Notes under the pieces: model-generated
Told to the model about the DNA's origin: nothing
Seen by the model: only the letters and a program-made list of their open reading frames with translations
The model's database searches: none
Shown here: positions 19,269 to 28,080 of the stretch, piece after piece
How the letters are laid out: the number at the start of each line of letters is the position of its first letter
Numbering within the stretch: the first letter of the stretch is position 1
Source: an uncultured bacterium
Lineage (GTDB): Bacteria > Patescibacteriota > JABMPQ01 > CAVVCK01
Reading direction: 5' to 3'
Assembly (NCBI GenBank): GCA_963746775.1
Contig: CAVVCK010000002.1
Span: 75,571 to 139,570 of the forward strand
Length of the DNA: 64,000 bases
Translations under genes and position numbers: made by a program

Positions 19269-20505
19269 TTTGTTTATAACTTTTTGCTAAATTTGAAAAT
19301 ATTTTCTCGTATTCAATTATAGTATTTTTTAAATTGTAATATTTTATTATTTTATCTCTTCCCTTTTTCCCAGCATTTTTCCAGTACTCTTCATTATCTG
19401 TAAATTTTATCATAGCAGCAGCTAAATCATTCGCAGTATTATAATTTTTCTTGTTATAAGCAATATCATCTAATATCTGAGAATTAAAATCTGTAATATT
19501 TCCATATTCGTTTTTTATAATAATCCCAATATCATTATTTTCTATTACTTCTGACGAACCTCCGGTATCAGTTAATATCATAGGTTTCCTGTAAAACATA
19601 GCTTCATTCATTGCAATACTCCAACCCTCTATAAAAGAAGGAAGTAAAAATGCATCAGTAATATTATAAAATGACTCTATATTTGAGAAATATCCTGGCA
19701 TAATTATGTGTTTATTTAAGCCTTCTTTATTTAGATAATTTTGAAATTCTTCTATATGGTTTGGATTTATTATATTTCCTATACAAAGTATTTTAATGTT
19801 TTTGCGTTTTTTTAAAATATTTTTCATTGCATCAGCCATTAAATAATGTCCTTTGTGTAAATTATATGAGGCTACATTTAAAAATATATAATCATTTTTT
19901 GCTAATCCAAAATCATTTCTATTAATTTTATTTATGTTTTTCTCTCTCTGAAGATGTTCATCAATATTTAAACCATTGGAAATTGTGATAATTTTTTTAT
20001 TAGGAATTCCTAAAATTTTATTAGCATATATAGTCGCATTTTTCGATACAGATATATATAAATCAACATATAAATCATTTTCTTTAAATTTTTGTAATGC
20101 AGAATTATCTAAAAATGCATAAACATTATGAATAAATGTAATATTGGGAATTTTATTATTTTTTAATATTTTATACCCAAAATTAGAAAAATGGGAACAG
20201 CTTAAATTTATATTTTCTTTTTTTATAATTTTAGAATATTTTTTAGCTTTATTAAATAATCCAGCTAGATTATATGTTTTTATTCCCTTAGCTAGTGCTA
20301 TTTTACTCATATGTCCTGCTTTATTAATATTCACAATAACTGGATTAAATTTCTCTTTATCTAAAAATAAAGCATGATCCAAAATAACTTTTTGTAATCC
20401 GCCTTTATCAAAAGAATCTACCTCGATTAAAAGATTTATTTTTTTATCATCTTTAACAAATCTTGATTTGTTTTTCTTGAATAAATTTTTTAATAAATTT
20501 TTCAC
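19258..20505 (-). CDS. GT4 glycosyltransferase
   Basis: 415 aa; C-terminal ...LPSFIEGWSIAMNEAMFYRKPMILTDTGG... GT-B motif. Confidence 0.7.
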   Translation of the reverse strand: MKNLLKNLFKKNKSRFVKDDKKINLLIEVDSFDKGGLQKVILDHALFLDKEKFNPVIVNINKAGHMSKIALAKGIKTYNLAGLFNKAKKYSKIIKKENINLSCSHFSNFGYKILKNNKIPNITFIHNVYAFLDNSALQKFKENDLYVDLYISVSKNATIYANKILGIPNKKIITISNGLNIDEHLQREKNINKINRNDFGLAKNDYIFLNVASYNLHKGHYLMADAMKNILKKRKNIKILCIGNIINPNHIEEFQNYLNKEGLNKHIIMPGYFSNIESFYNITDAFLLPSFIEGWSIAMNEAMFYRKPMILTDTGGSSEVIENNDIGIIIKNEYGNITDFNSQILDDIAYNKKNYNTANDLAAAMIKFTDNEEYWKNAGKKGRDKIIKYYNLKNTIIEYEKIFSNLAKSYKQNVD

Positions 20506-21428
20506 TATTTTAGCATAGCTATTAATAATAATTTTGTTTCATCTTGCATAATTAAATCATAAAATTTATTTCTATCTTTAATATTAATATAAAGCATTAT
20601 ACATAAGATAATAATATTTGATAAATTTTTATTTTTTAAAAATAATTTTAGATATTCTATATTTTCAGGTAATAATTTTTTGATTAAATTAATATTATCT
20701 TCGACAACTGAAACGGCTGTTACTGCAGCCACTTCAATTTGCACTTTCGTAACAGTTTCTTTAATTGTATTTGATGAATGAATTCTATATTGAATATGAA
20801 CATGATTATCATAATAATACTCTGCTTGTCGCAAAGATGTAATTATAAAATCTAAATCATGACAATAACGCAATGGTTGAAATCCACCCACAGATTCCCA
20901 TAATTTCTTTGTAAAAAATAAGTTCGAAGTTGTTGTTATAAAATTTTCATTTAAAATTGATAATTGTAGGTAATTTGTTTTTTTAAAATAATCTAGCGCT
21001 CTTTTACGCCACTCCTTCTCCACTCCCGAGGTTATTATAGAACCTTTATCATTAATAAATTCTATTTCGCCAAAAATTAATTCAATCTTTGGATTATTTT
21101 GAATAATATCAACACATCTTCTAATTTTATCCTCTTTATAAATATCATCAGAATTTAGAACACTAATATATTCACCTGTTGCTAAGCTAATACATCTATT
21201 AATAGTATTATGAGCACCGGCATTTTCTTGTGAATAAAATTTAATATTTGAATATTTTTCTGCAAAATCCTTACAAATATCAGCAGAATTATCTTCTGAT
21301 CCATCATCAATTATTATTAATTCTATATTCTTATATGTTTGATTCAATACACTTTTAATTGTTCTCTTTATATATTTTTCATGGTTATAAGAAGGAATAA
21401 CCATGCTTACCTTCTTCATGTTTTTCAT
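20505..21428 (-). CDS. GT2 glycosyltransferase
   Basis: VSMVIPSYNHEKYIKRTIKSVLNQTY...IIIDDGSEDNS. Confidence 0.75.
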   Translation of the reverse strand: MKNMKKVSMVIPSYNHEKYIKRTIKSVLNQTYKNIELIIIDDGSEDNSADICKDFAEKYSNIKFYSQENAGAHNTINRCISLATGEYISVLNSDDIYKEDKIRRCVDIIQNNPKIELIFGEIEFINDKGSIITSGVEKEWRKRALDYFKKTNYLQLSILNENFITTTSNLFFTKKLWESVGGFQPLRYCHDLDFIITSLRQAEYYYDNHVHIQYRIHSSNTIKETVTKVQIEVAAVTAVSVVEDNINLIKKLLPENIEYLKLFLKNKNLSNIIILCIMLYINIKDRNKFYDLIMQDETKLLLIAMLK

Positions 21429-24373
21429 TATTTTAATAATTCTTTTAATACTTTTTTGGCATTTTCAGTTGAAAATTCTTTTTGTACGTGCTTTACAGAT
21501 TCTTTAGATATCTTCTCCCATAATAACTTATCATGATATAGGTTTACTACTTTTTTAGCAAAAACTTTTTTATCATCTGCCAAACAAGCGTTACGACCAT
21601 CAATTAATCCTATCCCCTCGGCTCCAATACTTGTAGTTACTACTGGAACCCCGAAACTCATTGCTTTAGCAATTTTACCTTTAAATCCTGCTCCAAATCT
21701 AAGAGGTGCAATAAAAACTTTTGATTCGGAAAACAACTCCGGAAGTTTGTTTTCTTCAACAAAACCCGTAATTTTAAATTGTCTTTCATTTAATTTTTCT
21801 ATTTCTTTTGGTACATTACTTCCCACAATAACAACTTTAAAATTTTTAATTTTATTTTTTAAAACCGGGAAAATTTCATCGTGAAACCAAATAACAGCAT
21901 CAATATTTGGTGCATGTGAAAACCCTCCTAAAAATATAATATTTTTTCTCTGTTGATATTTATCAAGAATATTATTTTCCATAACTGGCTGTATCCATGG
22001 CAAAGTAGCAGTTTTAATATTAGAATCTATTTTATCAATTATTTTTATTTCTTCTTTACTATAAAATAAGGAAATATCCGCTTTTCTCATTATTGAAAAT
22101 TCTTTTTTTTGCATAGTTTGATCTTTTTTTTCAAGATTTTTATTCATTATCTCTGACATTCTTTGTTCCCTTAAAAAATGTAGATCAACTCCGATATAAA
22201 GTATTTTTGTATTAGAATATTTTTTGATTATATTAAAAAATTCATTAGCTATAAGTGGTCTAGAAAGAAATGTATAATTAATATATTCTCCATTTATTTT
22301 TATAAAATTTAGAAAGGCTGAAGGACCATAAATAACTTTAATTCCTAAATTTGTTAATATTGTATTATATGGTTCTAGATGATTTTCATTATAAGAACAA
22401 AAAATAACATTATAACCAAGCTTTACTAAAATTAATAAATATTTATAGGCAATATATGACCCTGCATCTTTATCATAAGTAGGAAGAGTAAGGTCTATAA
22501 AAAGTATATTTTTTTTATCTTTTGAAATTATATTATTATAACTATGTTTATTTTTCTTATATTTAAAAAATATTAGAGGTAATTTAATAAATTTAAATAG
22601 AAATTTTGGAATAAATTTTTTAATCTGTTTCTTATAAATTTTATAAAAATAATTTGGTATTTTCCAACGTAATGTATTTTTTAAAGTGTATATTTCTTGA
22701 TTAAGATTTTTTATATACTCATCTCTATTCTTTATTTCATTCTCTCTATTCTTTATTTCGTTATCTTTTTGTTCAATTTTAATATTTTTACATTTTATTA
22801 AATCCTCATTATTATTTATCTTATTATTTTTAATACTTTCATAAATATAGTAATAATGCATTTGCAGTTCCTCTTGCATCTTAATTAATTTCTTGCAGAC
22901 ATCATTCTTGCTTTTAAATAATACTCCTAATCCAAAAGAATGGTGAAACTCTATAGTCTGATATTCTTGTTTTAATTCCTCCCAAAGTTTACATACTCCG
23001 AAACCTGACTCTCCAACCTTAATATCATGAAAAAGAATAATTCCGCTATCCTTTATTTTAATAAGCCAATTTTCAAAATCATGCTTTACCGCTTCATAGG
23101 TATGCAAACCATCAATATGAAGAATATCAATTGATTTATCTTTAAATTCAGAAATGGCATTATCAAAAGTTTTTTTAATCAGTTTAATTTCCACACCTGA
23201 ATATAATTTATTGACTACTTTTTGTACAAATTTATAAATATCATCTCCATAAAAACCCGCATGCTTATCGCCTTCCCATGTATCAATAGCATTAATTTCT
23301 GTCTTAATACCCTCATCTTTTACGGCTTGACAAAAAGAAAAAAACGATGTTCCTTTATGAGTTCCTAATTCAACAATTTTTTTTGGTTTAATATTTCTAA
23401 TTAAATCATACGAAAATAATTTATGACCAGCCCATGGCCAACTAATGTCTTGAAATTCTTTTTCGTATTCAAATACAGGAACAAAATATTTCCAATCTTT
23501 ATTTTTTGATTTATTAATAAAATTTTGAAAATCAAAAGATTCTATAATACCAATTCGCTGCATTTCCATTGCCTTTTCTTTAGATATTAATAATTTACTA
23601 TACTCTTCATCTAACTTTCCTAATTTATAAGCATCAAACCAACGACGAATGTGCCAATTTATATCTTTGCTAAAAGAATTATTTCTTTCCATAGCTCTAC
23701 CGTAATTAATAACTTTTCTATAAAATTCTTTTTTTTCTCTTAATGGAAAATGAAAAATATTAATATTTTCAGATTTTCTAGTATTGATTACTTTTTTTTT
23801 ATTAATAATAGAATGATTACCCATCGAGACCTTAAGTAGTCCTTCTCCTGTTTTAAAAATAACCTTAGGGGGATACCTAAAAAAATATAAATTTTCCTTT
23901 TTTGAATCTTCTTGGAAATTTTCAGTTTCTATTGGATGAACTACCGCATATTTTGCATTTTCTGGAAACGATTCCTTGCCACCTTTATTCTCAAGTAATA
24001 TATTAATTAAATTAACCTTCAAAACATCAGCAGATGAATTCCATATTTCAGCTTTCAAGTCCCCACTTTTAGGAAACCAAAATTCATCCGCATCGCAATG
24101 AAAAACGATATCAGCTTTATAATTATCAATCGCAATTCTAGCCATTTTATTATTCCACTTTGATTGAGATATGTCTCTACCTGGCTCATCTATCAAATAA
24201 AGCTTTCCTTGATTTTGGTATTTAACAAAGACATTTCTTGTATTATCGCTAGAAGCATTATCAGTAGCTATAATAAAATCAACTCCATGATTAAGATGAA
24301 ATTCTATATTTTTTTCTATAATATCACCCTCATCCCTAGCAAGGATGGTCATTATTAGCTTCGGATCTTTCAT
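21428..24373 (-). CDS. 981-aa multidomain enzyme: N-terminal GT2-like domain, CmcI/TylF-like class I methyltransferase, coiled coil, C-terminal GT4
   Basis: N-terminus TILARDEGDIIEKNIEFHLNHGVDFIIATDNASSDNT; middle IVELGTHKGTSFFSFCQA...DTWEGD...DGLHTYEAV; coiled coil with KNRENEIKNRDE repeat; C-terminus ...FKGKIAKAMSFGVPVVTTSIGAEG. Confidence 0.7.
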   Translation of the reverse strand: MKDPKLIMTILARDEGDIIEKNIEFHLNHGVDFIIATDNASSDNTRNVFVKYQNQGKLYLIDEPGRDISQSKWNNKMARIAIDNYKADIVFHCDADEFWFPKSGDLKAEIWNSSADVLKVNLINILLENKGGKESFPENAKYAVVHPIETENFQEDSKKENLYFFRYPPKVIFKTGEGLLKVSMGNHSIINKKKVINTRKSENINIFHFPLREKKEFYRKVINYGRAMERNNSFSKDINWHIRRWFDAYKLGKLDEEYSKLLISKEKAMEMQRIGIIESFDFQNFINKSKNKDWKYFVPVFEYEKEFQDISWPWAGHKLFSYDLIRNIKPKKIVELGTHKGTSFFSFCQAVKDEGIKTEINAIDTWEGDKHAGFYGDDIYKFVQKVVNKLYSGVEIKLIKKTFDNAISEFKDKSIDILHIDGLHTYEAVKHDFENWLIKIKDSGIILFHDIKVGESGFGVCKLWEELKQEYQTIEFHHSFGLGVLFKSKNDVCKKLIKMQEELQMHYYYIYESIKNNKINNNEDLIKCKNIKIEQKDNEIKNRENEIKNRDEYIKNLNQEIYTLKNTLRWKIPNYFYKIYKKQIKKFIPKFLFKFIKLPLIFFKYKKNKHSYNNIISKDKKNILFIDLTLPTYDKDAGSYIAYKYLLILVKLGYNVIFCSYNENHLEPYNTILTNLGIKVIYGPSAFLNFIKINGEYINYTFLSRPLIANEFFNIIKKYSNTKILYIGVDLHFLREQRMSEIMNKNLEKKDQTMQKKEFSIMRKADISLFYSKEEIKIIDKIDSNIKTATLPWIQPVMENNILDKYQQRKNIIFLGGFSHAPNIDAVIWFHDEIFPVLKNKIKNFKVVIVGSNVPKEIEKLNERQFKITGFVEENKLPELFSESKVFIAPLRFGAGFKGKIAKAMSFGVPVVTTSIGAEGIGLIDGRNACLADDKKVFAKKVVNLYHDKLLWEKISKESVKHVQKEFSTENAKKVLKELLK

Positions 24374-24406
24374 AATATCTAAATAATTATTTATTAGTTA
24401 TTCTTG

Positions 24407-26230
24407 CTAAAAAACTTTCCTAAAATATTTTTTAACAAATTTTTTAGGATTATGTATCGCCCAATTTAATTTTCCCATATAGGTATTACCCAGCTTTTCT
24501 AATCTATTTAACCTATCACTTAATTGCTGTATTTGATTATTCTTCTGTCGAATCAAGCTAACATAGTTATCTATCTTCTTAGTTTTTGAATTCAACAATT
24601 CTCTTTCTAACTTGATTTTCTCTTTTTTCTTTTTAATATTTCTATTCATCAGTTCGGTAATTTGATAAAAATATTCAGCATCATCATTTGAATAATGTTT
24701 CTTAATAAAATTACCGATTACATTTTTGTCTCTACTAGACAAACTATATTGCCATGGTAAGGCAAGTGCATAAAAAACATTATGAATATATTTCTTAAGC
24801 TCTAGAGTTATTCTAAAAGCAACTATATTGGGCAACACAAAATCCTTAAGATATTCTTCTGGAAATATTTTTTTAGAAGCCAAAAGACTCATTAAAACAC
24901 CGGTAGCATAAGAATCACCAAGGTATTGTAAATTACTACTATCAGCATTCTTTGAAACACGTATGGTTCCATTTTGAACAGGTAAGTTCTGTAAATTTAC
25001 ATCATGCAAAACGCAAATTGCATTCTCTTTCAAATATGGTAATAACATTAGAAAATCGAGTAATTCGCCAGGAAGAATATGTAAGGTATCCAAAATACAA
25101 AAATCAATATTATCGCCTATTTCATCTAGAAAACAGGCAGCAACTCCACCTGTAAAAATATTTAACTTATCACTTAATTCGGGATAAAGTTCATTGACAA
25201 CCCAACCTGATTTTTTTGAATCATCTCTATAATATTTTTTATTATAATCGATTCCTAAAACTTTTACGTTATCTTTATTTTTTGTTTCGTTTAATATAAT
25301 TGCCAAACAACTACCCGCCGCTATTCCAACTTCCAAAATTTTTTTAGGCTGTTCTTTTATTATTAAATTTTTAATAAATTCAACCTCTGATTTTTGCATT
25401 TCCGAATACTGCAAAGCAAAATTTTCACATATTAAGTCATAAAATGGATTAATTTTTGCATATTTCCAAAAATATTCAGACAAAAACATTTCCTTATTGT
25501 TCCATGGTTTTGTTGGTCCACAATAGTGAATAGTATGTATATTTTCAGTTAATTTAGACAATTTCTTTTCGTTCTCATAATAGGATAACTGAATATTGTA
25601 TTTTTCTGGTAATTTTTTAATAGAACCACTCAAAACAACATTTAGAACATCTTGATCTACAAAATCTATTTTTTCCCTATTATTTTTTGCCCATTCAAAT
25701 AATTTCTGTTCGATTTTGTCACTTCTCCATTTATTAAGATTTAAAAGCATTAACCCTGCATTAAAATAGTAGCTATTTAGTGGTAACTCAAGTCTTAATA
25801 ATTGTGAACCCAAGAATTCTATTGTACTAGCATTCAAAATCATTCCCGCATAATAGTTTCTTATATCTGTATTAAAAAGATCCAGAACGTCTTTCGATAT
25901 TATCATATCACTATCAAGGTATATGACTTTATCAATATTAGGAAATAAAGAAGCCAATTTAAATCTAAAATAGTTTTCTATTGAAAAATAATGAGTAATT
26001 GGGCAATGCTTAAAATCATTTTTATCAACGATAATAAAATCAATGGAACATTTTTTTATTTTTGTTAATTCCTGAAATTTATTTCTAGTTTCTTTTGATA
26101 AATTTGTTGCTAGAATATAAAAATTTAATTCTGTTTCCTTTTTTGAATTAGTTAATATAGATGCAATAGTCGTTGCACAGTATGGGGCATAATTTTCGTC
26201 TGTAGATAATATTATAGGGATTGTGGTCAT
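24407..26230 (-). CDS. 607-aa GT8 glycosyltransferase fused to a class I methyltransferase-like domain, coiled coil and shared C-terminal tail motif
   Basis: GT8 motifs IPIILSTDENYAPYCATTIASIL and YLDSDMII; ILEVGIAAGSCLAIIL...DTLHILPGE; C-terminus ...LEKLGNTYMGKLNWAIHNPKKFVKKYFRKVF. Confidence 0.7.
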   Translation of the reverse strand: MTTIPIILSTDENYAPYCATTIASILTNSKKETELNFYILATNLSKETRNKFQELTKIKKCSIDFIIVDKNDFKHCPITHYFSIENYFRFKLASLFPNIDKVIYLDSDMIISKDVLDLFNTDIRNYYAGMILNASTIEFLGSQLLRLELPLNSYYFNAGLMLLNLNKWRSDKIEQKLFEWAKNNREKIDFVDQDVLNVVLSGSIKKLPEKYNIQLSYYENEKKLSKLTENIHTIHYCGPTKPWNNKEMFLSEYFWKYAKINPFYDLICENFALQYSEMQKSEVEFIKNLIIKEQPKKILEVGIAAGSCLAIILNETKNKDNVKVLGIDYNKKYYRDDSKKSGWVVNELYPELSDKLNIFTGGVAACFLDEIGDNIDFCILDTLHILPGELLDFLMLLPYLKENAICVLHDVNLQNLPVQNGTIRVSKNADSSNLQYLGDSYATGVLMSLLASKKIFPEEYLKDFVLPNIVAFRITLELKKYIHNVFYALALPWQYSLSSRDKNVIGNFIKKHYSNDDAEYFYQITELMNRNIKKKKEKIKLERELLNSKTKKIDNYVSLIRQKNNQIQQLSDRLNRLEKLGNTYMGKLNWAIHNPKKFVKKYFRKVF

Positions 26231-26234
26231 GTTA

Positions 26235-27056
26235 TTAAAATTTTACTACAAGATAAGAACCGTTTCTACAAATTACTTTTTTGTGATCCAAAATATTCTG
26301 ATAAAAAAGATTATCAATAGTGCTACAATGTTCATTAGTATTCCTAATAATTGGATAAGAGTCTATCCAGTTTGTAATAATTAAGTAACCCTTGTTTTTA
26401 TGCAATACTTTACTTATTCTTTTAAAAACTATATTGGACTCCTCTTTATTTATATGCTCTATAGATTCAGTAAAAATAACAGTATCTATTTTCTTCCAAT
26501 TAATTTTCTCAAGTGCCTCAATTAGATTACAATTTATTAATTTTACATTATTCTTTATTTCCAATCTTTTGCTTGTTTTTTGTAATAATTCTTGTGCACA
26601 TTTACAAGACTCCACCATTTGCACATCAATTCCTAAGTAGCTTAAAGCAAGACTTACTTCTCCTCTTCCACCACCAATGTCTAAAACATGTTTTGGTTTT
26701 CTAGAATGATTATCAAAAATTTTAGACACTTGTTCTTTGGCTATCATTTGTGGAAACGGAATCTTGCCTACACCTTTGAAATTTAAAATTCTTTTAACTT
26801 TTTCAAAAGATTCTATTCCTAATGCGCAGGCTATTGCTGGACACTGATCTCCAAATCTAATCATATTATAATCCCAAGCATGTTGTTCTGGTATATTTTT
26901 TTTAGTAAAATATTTTTCATTGCAGATGCAATTTAAATTATTTGATTTATAAAAATCTTTTTTTACGATTTTTATTATCAGTAGATTTAATGATTTTAAA
27001 AAAAATATTTCTTGAGAAATTTGCGCGGATTGGTTAATGCCCAGCCATATCTCCAT
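26235..27056 (-). CDS. Class I SAM-dependent methyltransferase
   Basis: VLDIGGGRGEVSLALSYLGIDVQMVE motif I/II. Confidence 0.6.
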   Translation of the reverse strand: MEIWLGINQSAQISQEIFFLKSLNLLIIKIVKKDFYKSNNLNCICNEKYFTKKNIPEQHAWDYNMIRFGDQCPAIACALGIESFEKVKRILNFKGVGKIPFPQMIAKEQVSKIFDNHSRKPKHVLDIGGGRGEVSLALSYLGIDVQMVESCKCAQELLQKTSKRLEIKNNVKLINCNLIEALEKINWKKIDTVIFTESIEHINKEESNIVFKRISKVLHKNKGYLIITNWIDSYPIIRNTNEHCSTIDNLFYQNILDHKKVICRNGSYLVVKF

Positions 27057-27636
27057 TGCTTGGAATTCTTCAATTTTTGTATATCTTCCCCTGCTTTTAT
27101 GAAAATTTTTTTTGTCGCCAATGATGTTTTAGCCTTAATGCTTTTTTGTTTTTTTAGAAATTCTGTTAATTCATTTCGCTTAATATTTAATTTACAATTT
27201 TTCTCTAACCACAAAACCAGTGAATATTCTTTAAAGATAATTTGGTAATCTCTTTTATTGGGTTTTGTTAATTTTTTTACCCAAAAATATTTTGATTTAT
27301 CAATAACATTTTCCATATATGTTTTATTAGATTCATTTTTTACATACTCCCAACAACCACCCCAACCATCTTTTTTTTGATTTATAATAATTTCTGGAAG
27401 TTTCAATTTTTAACATATTTTCTAAAATATTTTGACCCATCTATTCCCCAAATATTTTTATTGTAAAGGGTATATAAATTTTCTATTAAATATGCATTTC
27501 CGCAACCAATATCACCAAATATTTTTCCTTTAATATTATTACTTATCCATTTGGAAATCTCAAAATAGTCATCTTTCCAATTAAAGTGCATTTTATAGAA
27601 TTGATCATTGTAGTATTTAAGATTTTTATCTCCCAT
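26996..27636 (-). CDS. Two adjacent ORFs (77 aa with GDIGCGNAYL methyltransferase motif I; 136 aa ending in the shared WALTNPRKFLKKYFF tail motif); possibly one split gene
   Basis: ORFs 27403..27636 and 26996..27406 overlap by 4 nt (TTGA); the C-terminal motif is homologous to the tails of three other proteins in the locus. Confidence 0.35.
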
Positions 27637-27639
27637 AAT

Positions 27640-28066
27640 TATTATTTTTTAGGTTATTTATTTTCCAAATATCTTTTAATTATTTCTGCGCTGTTATCCT
27701 TAAAATCCTTAATTTTACCTTTTTCTAGCCACATAACTTTATTGCAATAATCTTTAATATTTTGCATTGAATGGGTTACATACAAAACTGTTTTTTGTTT
27801 TCTTTCATTTTTTTATAAAATCCCTCGCATTTTTTCTGAAAAGCAAAATCACCCACGGAAGAAAACTCATCTATTAAATAAAGTTTCCCCTTATTTTTAT
27901 ACTCAGTTAAAATATCTCTTGTATTATCGCTAGAAGCATTATCAGTAGCTATAATAAAATCAACTCCATGACTTAAATGAAATTCAATGTTTCTTCTTAT
28001 AATATCACCCTCGTCTCTAGCGAGAAGAGTCATTACTAATTTAGGATTTTTTTTAATAACACCCAT
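27640..28066 (-). pseudogene. Mosaic gene remnant: duplicate of the N-terminus of the 981-aa protein's GT2-like domain (about 150 bp near-identical to 24238-24375), fused to a degenerate copy of the ABC ATPase 3' end
   Basis: 96-aa ORF MGVIKKNPKLVMTLLARDEGDIIRRNIEFHLSHGVDFIIATDNASSDNT... then ...GDFAFQKKCEGFYKKMKENKK, similar to ABC ATPase ...GDFVFKKKCEKVFNNMKKERK. 27660-27860 aligns with 30600-30800. Confidence 0.5.
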
Positions 28067-28080
28067 AATTTTTAGACAAT

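Noticed and set aside
6134-26704. Numerous short antisense or nested ORFs from the six-frame track (for example 6134..6403, 10359..10799, 10708..10896, 14511..14753, 16920..17153, 17227..17457, 20144..20377, 21339..21536, 24164..24358, 24952..25155, 26392..26640, 26513..26704)
   Set aside because: Each is embedded in, or antisense to, a well-supported longer gene with clear family signatures. Their sequences are low-complexity with no recognisable motifs.
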